Below are positions 1 through 10,090 of a stretch of 64,000 bases of DNA, one piece after another (positions within the stretch are counted from its first letter, which is position 1; each line of letters opens with the position of its first letter). Below the pieces are notes generated by a model. It ran no database searches. It saw only the letters and a list, made by a program, of their open reading frames with translations, and was not told the origin of the DNA. Source of the DNA: Alphaproteobacteria bacterium (GTDB taxonomy: Bacteria > Pseudomonadota > Alphaproteobacteria > Rs-D84); NCBI GenBank assembly GCA_015062545.1, contig SUUL01000004.1, forward strand, positions 5,881 to 69,880, given 5' to 3'. The translations under genes were made by a program, and so were the position numbers.

Positions 1-11
1 GAGAGAATTTT

Positions 12-362
12 ATGACAGATTATGTTAATAACTTGATAGATGTCTTGCAACTGAGCCAATATCAAGCCAGTAAATTGCGTGCGCATTATGATAGGTATAA
101 TATTGCGCGCCTGGAAAAGCGGGGCGGGGTATTGTATGCCCCGTATGCCAACCATAATGTTTGGGAATATTTTTCGCGTATGATTTTTGGTTCGCCTGCA
201 GATTTAATAGGACAAAACAAGACTTTGTTGCGTGCGCAAAGAAATATCAAGTTCTGCGAAAATGGTTATCATTGTGTCAAAGTTGGAAGATATACTTACT
301 ATGCCGATGCAACAGGAAATATAATTTCAAAAAGCGAATTCTTGAGAAATACAAACCGTTAA
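12..362 (+). CDS. hypothetical protein (116 aa)
   Basis: ORF with GAGAG upstream of ATG; converges on and overlaps the end of the AsmA-like gene; no recognised motif. Confidence 0.6.
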   Translation: MTDYVNNLIDVLQLSQYQASKLRAHYDRYNIARLEKRGGVLYAPYANHNVWEYFSRMIFGSPADLIGQNKTLLRAQRNIKFCENGYHCVKVGRYTYYADATGNIISKSEFLRNTNR

Positions 363-2833
363 AACATTGTATGATTTTTTACAAATGCACGCATAAAGCC
401 AATATCAAAATCTTGCATGATTTCAGATAAAGAATATTTGCGTCCACCATCCGGCATAACACTTAGTTGTATTGTTGCAGGTGTTGGTGCGGTTCCGCGC
501 ATGGTTATGTCAAATTCAGCCGTCATCATGCCGTTTGTAATGGCCAGCCCGCCAACTGCATCTGTGTGACGCATGGATAATTTTATTGGTGATGTTGTTA
601 TAAAGTTGTCTTGGTTATATTCGCCAACAATATGCATGTGTTTTAATTTTGTTTCGCCACCGCCCAATGCATTCGCCAGTGCGTATTCTGCATTTAAGAT
701 ACTGATGTTTTCTGCAGATGCATAGAATTTATCAAATGACATGCCGATAATATAGCCACCGTCAAAAGATAAATCCATTGTTCCGTTCAGGTTGTAATAT
801 ATGTCGTGCGCAATTTGACCGTGTGTGTTCAAGGATATTTCAGCCGTTATCATTGTATCACGAACGTTTAATGGCATTTGTGATGATAATAACTTGTTGT
901 TGATTACAAATCTGTTTAATTGAATTGATATATCATAATTTGTTTTGTCGCGCTCGATCGTTGCTAATAAATTGCCACGCGCAGAATCTGATATTGAAAA
1001 AGTCTGTGAATTTTCTTTTAGTGCATAAACAAAATTGCTGAATTCGTTATTTTTATAAATCAACTTGTTCGCAGACAGTGAGATTTGTACAGGCAAATCA
1101 AATGGTATCAGAATAGGTGCATTGGTTAAAAATTCTTGTTCAGAATAATTTTTAACAAAGTTGGGATTTAATATTTCGTCAATATTTAATGTGTCTGTGT
1201 GTAATGTGATGTTTTTACCAGATGCGTTTCCATAAAATTCATGATTCTTGATTTTTATGTTCAAGTTAGAAATCTTGTTGCCTGAATAAAAACCAGATAT
1301 TGTATAAGTGCCATCTTGGATTGAACGCAAGTCCAGTTTTGGCAACCAGGATTTGAAACTGTGGCCGGATAAATTAAAGTAATTGTCGTATGTTGATAAT
1401 TGCCATTTCTGGTTGTGTGGGGTAAATGTCATTATGTCGTTTTGCCATATAAAATTACCGATGTCTTGCATCATATAGGGCGGCAAGAACGGAATGTTTG
1501 TTTTTATCCATCCTAATGTTTTGTTTGTTGCGTAATCGTATGATGCGGTTGTTTTGCCGTTAGAGATATGATATGTGCCACCAATGTCTGCAAATTTGAA
1601 TTTGACAGTGCCGCTTGAGCCGATTTTGTCCAGCATTTGGTTTAGTGTTTTTGTATCTGGTAGCGGTGTGTTAGATTCTGCGAAGATGTTATATTTGCCA
1701 TCGGATACAGATATTCTGCCAGATATGTCGCCATAAGAAAATTTACTGCATTGCCAATTTTGGGGCGTGCCAGAAAACAAGCACATGGTGTTTTTGCCAT
1801 CAATAATTGTTGTTATCATTATGTCGTGTGCGCCGTCTTTGGTGATGGTGCCACCAGTAATGGCAATTTCATCGGCAACGATATGAGTGATTTGGAATTT
1901 GTTTTTATTACTGATGGCGTTGATTTTTAGATGCTTGAAATTACGGTCGCCTAATTTCAAGTCGCCATATAAATCAAGATTATAATTTGTTTGATGTTGA
2001 ATGTGTGAAGGTTTTAATAAAAACGAAAAGTCAAATATTGCATCGTTGGAAACCAACTGAATCGTGCGGTCACCGTTTGGTGAAACTTCTACGTTGCCAG
2101 AAAAATTGTCAGCAATAATGTTAGTGAATTTGTACCCTGTGCCACCGTCCCATTCAAAGTCGGCAGTTAAACCGATGTGTTGTTTTATTTTTGGTTCTGA
2201 AAACCCCAGCCATTCATTTACGTTGTCTGTTTCCAAAGACATTTGGCCGCGGGTAGAGCCGTCCGAATATATTTGACCCGTTATATTTAGGTTATTGTTC
2301 TTGTTTTTGATATGAAATGTGTCGCCGATAAATTCTACGTCATATTTGTGATCATCTGTGCGAATTGTGCCGTGGAATTCGCCATTGGTAAAATCTGCAC
2401 GAACAATGTAATATTCGCGTCCCAGAAAGTTTATTGTGCTGTTATATATTTCAATGTCATGGTTGAACATTGCAGGGGCAAGTTTATCAATAGTAATGTT
2501 GGCATCATACACAACAACCGCATCGTTTAATTTGGCATTTTTTATGTCAAAGAAACTGCCAAATGGAATAGAAAACATTACTGCACCAATTTTGGCAGTC
2601 GGAACAGCAACATCGTGGGCAACAATTGTTGCACCACCAATTAAACTGAAGTGAATGTTGCCATTTAATTTAGCAGGGACGTTTGTTTGTTCATAAACAG
2701 ACTTTTCCACAATGGGTTTAAGCCCATTTAATGTAATCATCGGAGGAATAACAATCAGCGCAAAAACAAGCGCGCCAATCAAACTTAGCGTAGCCCAAAA
2801 AATTCTGCGTTTATATCTAGGTTTTAATGCCAT
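359..2833 (-). CDS. AsmA-like envelope protein
   Basis: 824 aa; N-terminal TM anchor after a basic stretch, beta-rich body, AsmA-type C-terminus (LNGTMDLSFDGGYIIG). Confidence 0.6.
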   Translation of the reverse strand: MALKPRYKRRIFWATLSLIGALVFALIVIPPMITLNGLKPIVEKSVYEQTNVPAKLNGNIHFSLIGGATIVAHDVAVPTAKIGAVMFSIPFGSFFDIKNAKLNDAVVVYDANITIDKLAPAMFNHDIEIYNSTINFLGREYYIVRADFTNGEFHGTIRTDDHKYDVEFIGDTFHIKNKNNNLNITGQIYSDGSTRGQMSLETDNVNEWLGFSEPKIKQHIGLTADFEWDGGTGYKFTNIIADNFSGNVEVSPNGDRTIQLVSNDAIFDFSFLLKPSHIQHQTNYNLDLYGDLKLGDRNFKHLKINAISNKNKFQITHIVADEIAITGGTITKDGAHDIMITTIIDGKNTMCLFSGTPQNWQCSKFSYGDISGRISVSDGKYNIFAESNTPLPDTKTLNQMLDKIGSSGTVKFKFADIGGTYHISNGKTTASYDYATNKTLGWIKTNIPFLPPYMMQDIGNFIWQNDIMTFTPHNQKWQLSTYDNYFNLSGHSFKSWLPKLDLRSIQDGTYTISGFYSGNKISNLNIKIKNHEFYGNASGKNITLHTDTLNIDEILNPNFVKNYSEQEFLTNAPILIPFDLPVQISLSANKLIYKNNEFSNFVYALKENSQTFSISDSARGNLLATIERDKTNYDISIQLNRFVINNKLLSSQMPLNVRDTMITAEISLNTHGQIAHDIYYNLNGTMDLSFDGGYIIGMSFDKFYASAENISILNAEYALANALGGGETKLKHMHIVGEYNQDNFITTSPIKLSMRHTDAVGGLAITNGMMTAEFDITMRGTAPTPATIQLSVMPDGGRKYSLSEIMQDFDIGFMRAFVKNHTMF

Positions 2834-2873
2834 TCTCTCTGTCCTTGTAATTTGATTATAATGGATTACAATA

Positions 2874-4883
2874 ATGGTTGTGAATAAAAAAATGAAAAAA
2901 GCAGAATTTTATCTTGAAAGCGATTATCAGCCGATGGGGGACCAGCCAACGGCAATTTCTGAATTGGTTGCAGGGGTAAACGAAGGACGGCAAAGTCAGG
3001 TGTTGTTGGGGGTTACAGGGTCTGGAAAAACATTTACAATGGCAAATGTTATTGCGAATCTGGGACGACCAGCATTGATTATGGCACCTAATAAAATCTT
3101 GGCGGCGCAATTATATACAGAAATGAAATCGTTCTTTCCGCGTAATCATGTGGAATATTTTGTGTCATACTATGATTATTATCAACCCGAAGCATATATG
3201 CCAACCACGGACACTTATATTGATAAAGATGCATCTATAAATGAACAGTTGGATCGTATGCGACACAGTGCAACACGTGCGATGTTGGAAGAAAGGGATG
3301 TTGTTGTGGTGTCAAGTGTGTCTTCTATTTATGGTATGGGGTCGCCAGAACAATATGCGGGTATGAAAGTGGTCTTGAATGTGGGCGATTTGTTATCTAT
3401 GCGTGATGTTATGCGCGCCTTGGTTGATATTCAATACAAGCGTAATGATACCGCGTTTGAACGTGGTGATTTTCGTGTGCGCGGCGATACGCTGGATATA
3501 TTTCCATCACATTCACAGGATAGGGGGTGGAAACTGTCTTTCTGGGGGGATGAAATAGAAGAAATTTGGGAATTTGATACGTTAACAGGGGCAAAGTTGC
3601 AAAAATTAGATAGGATTGCAGTTTATCCAAATACTCACTATGCGACCCCAATGCCCAGTGTGTTACAGGCCTTGACACAAATTCGTGCAGATTTGAAAGA
3701 ACGATTGGAATACTTTCATGAAAATATGAAGTATATAGAAGAACAACGTTTGCGCGAAAGGGTGAATTTTGATATTGAAATGATGGAAAGTACGGGAACT
3801 TGTCGCGGGGTGGAAAATTATTCGCGTTATTTGTCAGGGCGTTTGCCTGGACAACCACCACCAACATTGTTTGAATATCTGCCAAAAGACGCAATTTTAT
3901 TTATTGATGAAAGTCATGTGACTGTGCCGCAAATTAGTGCAATGAGTCGTGGTGACAGGGCGCGAAAAGAAACCTTGTCGCAATATGGATTCAGATTGCC
4001 GGCATGTATAGATAACAGACCGTTGACGTTTGATGAATGGGATAATTTGCGCCCACAGACAATATTTGTTTCTGCAACACCCGCAGATTGGGAATTGGCA
4101 CAGGCAAACGGTATTGTGTCAGAACAGGTTATTCGCCCAACTGGATTACTGGACCCGGTTTGTGAAGTGCGCCCAACACATAATCAAGTTGATGATTTGT
4201 TAGGTGCTGTAAAAAATGTTTCTGGGCGCGTGTTGGTGACAACCTTGACCAAGAAAATGGCAGAACAATTAACTGATTATTTGAATGAAAATGGTGTGCG
4301 CGCCAAGTATTTGCACAGCGATATTGAAACCTTGGAACGTATTGAGTTGTTACGTGAATTAAGATTGGGAAAGTTTGATGTTCTGGTAGGTATCAACTTG
4401 TTGCGCGAAGGTTTGGATGTGCCAGAATGTGAATTGGTTGCGATTATGGATGCGGATAAAGAGGGGTTCTTGCGTTCAACACGCAGCTTGATTCAGACAA
4501 TCGGTCGCGCCGCGCGTAATGCAAATGGACGTGTGATTTTATATGCAGATAAAATTACAGATTCTATGCAGTATGCGCTGGGTGAAACCGCGCGCAGACG
4601 TGAAAAGCAAATGGCGTATAATACAGAACACGGTATTGTACCAAGGACTGTGACCAAGGCGGTCTTTGCCGAAGTGGGTGATGCGCAAGAAAAAACTGAC
4701 AAGGCGCGCAGATTTGTGTATGATAAATCTGGTGGGGTAATGGATGCGGAATCAATCCGCCGCGAAATAAAGAAATTAACCGCACAAATGAAACGTGCCG
4801 CAGAAGATTTGGAATTTGAAAAGGCTGCGGAAATTCGTGACACGTTGCATAAACTGGAAGACGATTTGTTATTGGTGGAGTAG
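2874..4883 (+). CDS. uvrB: excinuclease ABC subunit B
   Basis: GVTGSGKT Walker [11 protein letters not shown] beta-hairpin, DESH, C-terminal UVR motif ([11 protein letters not shown]); start may be 2892. Confidence 0.98.
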   Translation: MVVNKKMKKAEFYLESDYQPMGDQPTAISELVAGVNEGRQSQVLLGVTGSGKTFTMANVIANLGRPALIMAPNKILAAQLYTEMKSFFPRNHVEYFVSYYDYYQPEAYMPTTDTYIDKDASINEQLDRMRHSATRAMLEERDVVVVSSVSSIYGMGSPEQYAGMKVVLNVGDLLSMRDVMRALVDIQYKRNDTAFERGDFRVRGDTLDIFPSHSQDRGWKLSFWGDEIEEIWEFDTLTGAKLQKLDRIAVYPNTHYATPMPSVLQALTQIRADLKERLEYFHENMKYIEEQRLRERVNFDIEMMESTGTCRGVENYSRYLSGRLPGQPPPTLFEYLPKDAILFIDESHVTVPQISAMSRGDRARKETLSQYGFRLPACIDNRPLTFDEWDNLRPQTIFVSATPADWELAQANGIVSEQVIRPTGLLDPVCEVRPTHNQVDDLLGAVKNVSGRVLVTTLTKKMAEQLTDYLNENGVRAKYLHSDIETLERIELLRELRLGKFDVLVGINLLREGLDVPECELVAIMDADKEGFLRSTRSLIQTIGRAARNANGRVILYADKITDSMQYALGETARRREKQMAYNTEHGIVPRTVTKAVFAEVGDAQEKTDKARRFVYDKSGGVMDAESIRREIKKLTAQMKRAAEDLEFEKAAEIRDTLHKLEDDLLLVE

Positions 4884-4886
4884 GTT

Positions 4887-5285
4887 ATGAAAGAATATGT
4901 GTTGGCAAATATAGATGAAACGCGTAATTGGGCGCGAAATTTTGCACAAAACTTAAGTGCGCCTTGTGTTGTTGCGTTGCACGGTGACTTGGGGATGGGA
5001 AAATCAGAAATCGCAAGAACTGTTATTCAGACCTTGCGTGGGGCAGATACTGTTGTGCCAAGCCCGACATTTACAATCGTACAGAATTATGATGGAATTT
5101 CTCATTTTGATTTATATCGTATTGATGATGCATCTGAACTAACCGAAGTGGGGTTAGAACATGCAATCGCAAATGATATTACATTAATTGAATGGCCAGA
5201 AATTGCCGCAGATGTTCTGCCGTCAGATACAATACATGTGTATATTACAGCGTATGAAGATGGACGAAAAATCATGATAAAATAA
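4887..5285 (+). CDS. tsaE: t6A biosynthesis ATPase TsaE
   Basis: GDLGMGKS, VPSPTFTIVQ, HFDLYR, LIEWPE motifs. Confidence 0.95.
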   Translation: MKEYVLANIDETRNWARNFAQNLSAPCVVALHGDLGMGKSEIARTVIQTLRGADTVVPSPTFTIVQNYDGISHFDLYRIDDASELTEVGLEHAIANDITLIEWPEIAADVLPSDTIHVYITAYEDGRKIMIK

Positions 5286-5432
5286 CAGCTGGGAAAAGGT
5301 ACCAATGGATTTATTAGTGGATTATATGTAATATTTATATCGTGCGAAAGCATAAAGCAGGCATTGCACGAAACATGGACTTGCGACAAGCCCTGAACCC
5401 ACATCCCTATATGCATTGCGTGCAAAATAAAT

Positions 5433-5456
5433 ACCGGCATTTGCCGGTGTTTTTTT
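5433..5456. terminator. intrinsic terminator between convergent genes
   Basis: ACCGGC-ATTT-GCCGGT followed by a T-run, A-rich on the other side. Confidence 0.8.
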
Positions 5457-7233
5457 ATTCGTGTGATTTCTTTAATAAACTTTGTACCGCCAGTGGAAAA
5501 TCATGGGCGCGTGCCAGGTATGAACCAGATACCAACATGTTTGCGCCCGCATCCCAACATGGTTGGGCGGTTTTGTCATTGATGCCACCATCAACAGAAA
5601 TGGTATATTTAAGGCCGTACTTTTTACGCGTTGCCGCCAGTATAGATATTTTGTGTAATGCCCCAGGGTCAAAACTTTGACCCGCCGCCCCAGGCATAAC
5701 AGACATTATCATAACTTCATCAATTTCACGTAAGATGGGTTTAAGCAAAGATACAGATGAATCCGGGTGCAGGGCAATCCCCACACGGCGACCAGATGCA
5801 CGAACCGTGCGAACCGCCGCACGCAAGCCAGATGTGTTTGTGGATAATATAATCGTGTCCGCCCCCGCCGCAATGGCATCTGCCGCCCAGACCGTTGGGC
5901 TTTCTGTCATCAGATGTACGTGCAAGTGGGCGTTTGTGTGTGCGCGTATGGTGCGTAATTCTTCAATGCCGCCGGCAATTCTGTCAACGTAAAAGCCGTC
6001 CATTATATCAACGTGTATCATGGATATTCCGCCAGATGCAAACAGGTTGTATGTATCGGTTTTGCGCATGTCAAAACACAGGGTGCTGGGCAAAATGGGA
6101 ATAAATTGATTTTTCTTTTTTTGTTTGCGATGGAACAGGCGTGTAAACAAATTGGCGCGTTTTTGCCAACGGTTATGGCGTGCAATATAATTGTTGCGAT
6201 GTGGTTCTTCGATGCGCCAAATGTATTCGGATAATGCGCGTACAGTTGCGTCAATAGGCATCGTTTCGGTTGGGGTGGCAAAGGCATTTTCAATGAAATC
6301 ACGCAAGCCTTCGATTTCTGAACCGCCGCCAGTCAGAACAATTCTGGTTGGTTTGTATTTGGTAAATGCGGGCAGACATTTGTCTTTGATTTGTCTGATA
6401 ATATCAACCAAAATTGGTAAAATTACTTCGTTAACATCGCTGCGCGAAAAGTCATAAGATGTATCCGCAGGGGTAAATCTGTCCATTTCTTTGGATATCA
6501 AAGATGCAACACTGTGTTTGATAATGTCAGATGATTCTGGGGACAGGTTAAATTTTTCAGCAATCGCATTGGATATGTTTGTGCCGCCCAATGGGATTTT
6601 TGTGTGTAATACAGGACCACGGTCTGTCCAGATAGATGCACTGGTAAATTCGGCACCAAAATCAATAAACATGGTCGTTTGTTTTGACTGGCGATATATG
6701 GAGTTTTGAACAAATTGTGGGTCAAAAAATGCGTTTGGTTGAATGTGGGCACCACGCATGTGTTCATATATCTTGTCCAAGGATGCGTTGGAATAAAATA
6801 TGGCACCAAATGCAGATATTAACTGACGATCAATGTGACCGATGGGGGACAGCATGTTTCGTGCAGTTGGCGTGTCATAGCGCATCGGTATGATATGTAT
6901 TGGTATAAAACCGTCAGGTGGGGTAATCTGGGAAATTTGATTGCGGATATCTGTGGATGTGATTTTGTGTTCGCCACCCCATACTGTGTTCTTGGCCAAT
7001 ATGTCAAAATAATTTGGACCAAAATTACCCGTAATATACGCAGAATCAAACAGTACACCCAGTTGTTTTTCTAATTCGCCAATAACAGATTTTATTGCAG
7101 ATACTGTATCACAACTGTCAACGGTGAAAAATGCAGAACGTTCAATGTGGGCGTTGTGTACACGATGTGCAATACCGCGTACACCGTGGGTGCCAATATC
7201 CAGACACAAAAAAGATGAATCAAACAAGTTCAT
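5455..7233 (-). CDS. FtsA-like actin-fold domain fused to ribulose-phosphate 3-epimerase (Rpe)
   Basis: N-terminal LDIGT, IDFGAEFT, LGGTNIS, VLTGGGS (FtsA) directly downstream of ftsQ; C-terminal HVDIMDG, HVHLM, MSVMPGAAGQSF, VDGGIN, VSGSYL (Rpe); single open frame. Confidence 0.85.
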   Translation of the reverse strand: MNLFDSSFLCLDIGTHGVRGIAHRVHNAHIERSAFFTVDSCDTVSAIKSVIGELEKQLGVLFDSAYITGNFGPNYFDILAKNTVWGGEHKITSTDIRNQISQITPPDGFIPIHIIPMRYDTPTARNMLSPIGHIDRQLISAFGAIFYSNASLDKIYEHMRGAHIQPNAFFDPQFVQNSIYRQSKQTTMFIDFGAEFTSASIWTDRGPVLHTKIPLGGTNISNAIAEKFNLSPESSDIIKHSVASLISKEMDRFTPADTSYDFSRSDVNEVILPILVDIIRQIKDKCLPAFTKYKPTRIVLTGGGSEIEGLRDFIENAFATPTETMPIDATVRALSEYIWRIEEPHRNNYIARHNRWQKRANLFTRLFHRKQKKKNQFIPILPSTLCFDMRKTDTYNLFASGGISMIHVDIMDGFYVDRIAGGIEELRTIRAHTNAHLHVHLMTESPTVWAADAIAAGADTIILSTNTSGLRAAVRTVRASGRRVGIALHPDSSVSLLKPILREIDEVMIMSVMPGAAGQSFDPGALHKISILAATRKKYGLKYTISVDGGINDKTAQPCWDAGANMLVSGSYLARAHDFPLAVQSLLKKSHE

Positions 7234-7235
7234 AT

Positions 7236-7952
7236 TTATTTAACCAATATACGTGCATTGTCACGCATGTCTATAACATGAATGTCTTTGTGCAATATCT
7301 TGTTGTTTTTATTCAATGTTATAAGTGTGCCAATCGCAGATATGGGGTCGTTTTCAGGTAACATGACCATTATGCCACCATTTGTGTATAAATTCCAACG
7401 GCGGTTTTCAATCCATTCCAGATAATCCAATTCCCCAATCAAATTGTGGGCGGCGTTTGTGATTTTTGTTATGTCTGATGGCAGGGGGCCACGAAAAACA
7501 ACATTGCCTGTGTCGCGTGTGTCGCGGGGGGTGTTGACGATTGTGCCGTCTGCTGATAATGGGAAAAAGCTTTCGCCATCTGTCCATAATGCAACCGCAC
7601 GATATAAAGATGCGCGAACCGATATGTTGCCGTTTGGCATACGGCGTACCGCAGATTTGTGAACGCCGGGAACAGAACCAATGCGCGCATTTAGATTGCG
7701 CAAGTTTATAGAATAAGAATTTGTGCCAGGCGCAACAGATGCCGCCGCCGCCAATGCCGTCAAGTCGGTATCTTTGGTGTCTGCAGATATGGAAATGTTG
7801 CGGACGTGTGATATGGATGTGCGACCAGTTGTTGTCATAATTGTGCGTACAGAAAAATATATTGCCAGAATTACAGCAATAACAAAAGACAGCCAAAACC
7901 AAATTGAACGTTTCATGACAGTGATTATATCATAAAAAAAGGGAATGAGCAA
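7236..7952 (-). CDS. ftsQ: cell division protein FtsQ/DivIB
   Basis: N-terminal TM, POTRA-like segment (VHKSAVRRMPNGNI), RRWNL...MLPE, C-terminal IDMR; upstream of the FtsA-like gene; start may be 7916. Confidence 0.85.
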   Translation of the reverse strand: MLIPFFYDIITVMKRSIWFWLSFVIAVILAIYFSVRTIMTTTGRTSISHVRNISISADTKDTDLTALAAAASVAPGTNSYSINLRNLNARIGSVPGVHKSAVRRMPNGNISVRASLYRAVALWTDGESFFPLSADGTIVNTPRDTRDTGNVVFRGPLPSDITKITNAAHNLIGELDYLEWIENRRWNLYTNGGIMVMLPENDPISAIGTLITLNKNNKILHKDIHVIDMRDNARILVK

Positions 7953-7955
7953 TTT

Positions 7956-8336
7956 TTACATCGCGCGCAGTAAATATCCGCGCCGGAACATGCATCTGCG
8001 GTATGCGCCAACAGATTTTGATGTGGTGTTGCGTGGAACAGACATCAAACTGCGTTGGGCAACGTCTTTGTATTCGTTAGATTGAAATGTGACCCACAGA
8101 CCATCCCAATCGGGCATGATGGCCGATTGATTCGGTGCAATCAAGTTTGCAATTCTGGAACGTGGCTGATGTGCAGGGCGGTTTATGCCCAGACATGCCT
8201 TGTGATCACGAACAAACTGTTCTGTGGTGACGGCTTCGTTTTCCCAATTTAGTACGGTGGCATTGTCAATACTGCCGCTGTTGACGGAGGCACATGCGGT
8301 TAAAGCTAAAAATAATGCAAGGATTTTTATTCTCAT
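7956..8336 (-). CDS. hypothetical lipoprotein
   Basis: lipobox LTAC; RDHKAC...YRRCMFRRGY Cys pair. Confidence 0.7.
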   Translation of the reverse strand: MRIKILALFLALTACASVNSGSIDNATVLNWENEAVTTEQFVRDHKACLGINRPAHQPRSRIANLIAPNQSAIMPDWDGLWVTFQSNEYKDVAQRSLMSVPRNTTSKSVGAYRRCMFRRGYLLRAM

Positions 8337-8412
8337 GTTTATTATTATAATTTAATTGCCTTTTTGTGGCAATAGTTTTTATAATGTAAAAAAAGAGAGA
8401 AGGGACAAGGAT

Positions 8413-8736
8413 ATGGCAATTAATGTTCAACAGTTTATAAAATTGGCAAATTATTATAATCAGACAGCAATGCTGATGTCTGCAATTTGTGTGCAAAAGG
8501 GCGGAATTGCAATGGAAAATTATGTGGGAAGATTTTTTGCTGCAGATGTTCTGGAATATATTGTAGAATACGGCAGGCGGTTGATGGTGCAAGATAAAAA
8601 TTTGTCGGCAGAAATAGTTGCTGTGATTAATCGGTTCGCCGCACAGTTTGAAAGGGTTAAAGATTTAATAACACCAACGCAAAAGCCTATTCATGAAATG
8701 ACGTTGGCAGAATTTGAAAAGCTGATGAATATATAA
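8413..8736 (+). CDS. hypothetical protein
   Basis: purine-rich RBS (AGGGACAAGG) before ATG 8413; no recognised motif. Confidence 0.55.
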   Translation: MAINVQQFIKLANYYNQTAMLMSAICVQKGGIAMENYVGRFFAADVLEYIVEYGRRLMVQDKNLSAEIVAVINRFAAQFERVKDLITPTQKPIHEMTLAEFEKLMNI

Positions 8737-8757
8737 AAAAAAGAAAAGGGGAAAGGG

Positions 8758-10080
8758 ATGATGGCGTTTAGATTATGTTTGATTGTGGGGATGGGCTTGT
8801 TGGGGGCATGTGTTCGGCAACAACAGCAACCACAATATGATACTGTGACTGTGGTTGATCAGTTGGTCATAGATGATAATTCTGTGCCAATCTTTCCAAA
8901 GAAAGCAGCCTTGACCACTGATACGGCGCGGCGGTTTTCAATAGAGCTGCCAAAGCGGTGTGAAGTGGATTGGGATAATCAAAATGTTGTTTCTGTGGTG
9001 CCGTATGAAAAAGTTGAGATTGTGCGTCTGGGGGTGGGGGATGCGTTACCAGATGATTTGAATGTGTCTGATTACGAATTCAAGGAGTTAACTGTTAAAC
9101 AGGCTTTGGACAAGTTGTTGGATGGTACAGATATTTCTGTCGTGGAAGACGAAGCGTTATATGACAAAGTATCTGGGACAATCAGTGCAGGCAGTTTGAT
9201 TGACGCGGTTGAACTGATTACCAAGATGGGGCGTGTGTATTATTCGTATGATGCACAAATGGGGGAATTGCATTTGACGCATCGTGGTAAATGGCTGATT
9301 AAAATGCCACAAAATGAAACAATAATCATGGCACTGCTGGATGCGATGCATGGTGCAGATATGCGAAATTTGTTGGTGGATTGGAAAGATAAAACGGTTG
9401 TGTTCGAAGGAAATTATCAGACAGAACGTGAAGTGTCAAAAATAATCGCAGATATCGCAGGTAAAAAATATATGTTGGCATGGGATATTGATGTGTATCG
9501 TGTGTATCCGCGAACGGATAATCCGATTGTATGGATGAATATGTTGCCGGCGTTTGGTGAAAAAAATATTCGTATGTCTATTCCTGGGGTGGTCGGGCGC
9601 GCCTTGGTTGTGGGGCCAGAAATTAACACAAAAACATTACAGGAATTCTTGGGAATGCAGGCAAATGTTGTTTTGATTTCCCAGGGAACATTTGCGATTC
9701 CAAATGGGTGGCAGTCGCGTTTTGATATTGGGCAATGCAGCAAAGAAGAAAGACTGGAAACAGATTTGATTGTTGGGGCCACGGGTACATACGGGGATTT
9801 CGCAGGACGTGAAAAAATAGATGCAAAAATTGTTTTGCGAACCAGTAATGGTGAATTGTCTTCGTTTAATATCCCATCAACGATTGGGGATAACTATGTA
9901 ATTGTGGGTATTCCAACACATTCATTTGTAACAACACCAGAAACATTGGTGTCGCCGTTTGCGGAACTGGTGGTGTTTATGTCGCCGCGGGTTATTTCTG
10001 TGGTGGATGTTAAATCAGGGGATTTTGGTGGGGCGAATGAACTGATTGGTGATGCGTTGCGTGATTTCTTGAACGATTAA
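8758..10080 (+). CDS. secretin-like outer-membrane lipoprotein
   Basis: lipobox LLGAC; LTVKQALDKLL N-domain-like segment; C-terminal ELVVFMSPRVI resembles the secretin ELxIxITPxII signature. Confidence 0.6.
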   Translation: MMAFRLCLIVGMGLLGACVRQQQQPQYDTVTVVDQLVIDDNSVPIFPKKAALTTDTARRFSIELPKRCEVDWDNQNVVSVVPYEKVEIVRLGVGDALPDDLNVSDYEFKELTVKQALDKLLDGTDISVVEDEALYDKVSGTISAGSLIDAVELITKMGRVYYSYDAQMGELHLTHRGKWLIKMPQNETIIMALLDAMHGADMRNLLVDWKDKTVVFEGNYQTEREVSKIIADIAGKKYMLAWDIDVYRVYPRTDNPIVWMNMLPAFGEKNIRMSIPGVVGRALVVGPEINTKTLQEFLGMQANVVLISQGTFAIPNGWQSRFDIGQCSKEERLETDLIVGATGTYGDFAGREKIDAKIVLRTSNGELSSFNIPSTIGDNYVIVGIPTHSFVTTPETLVSPFAELVVFMSPRVISVVDVKSGDFGGANELIGDALRDFLND

Positions 10081-10090
10081 GGATAAATGG

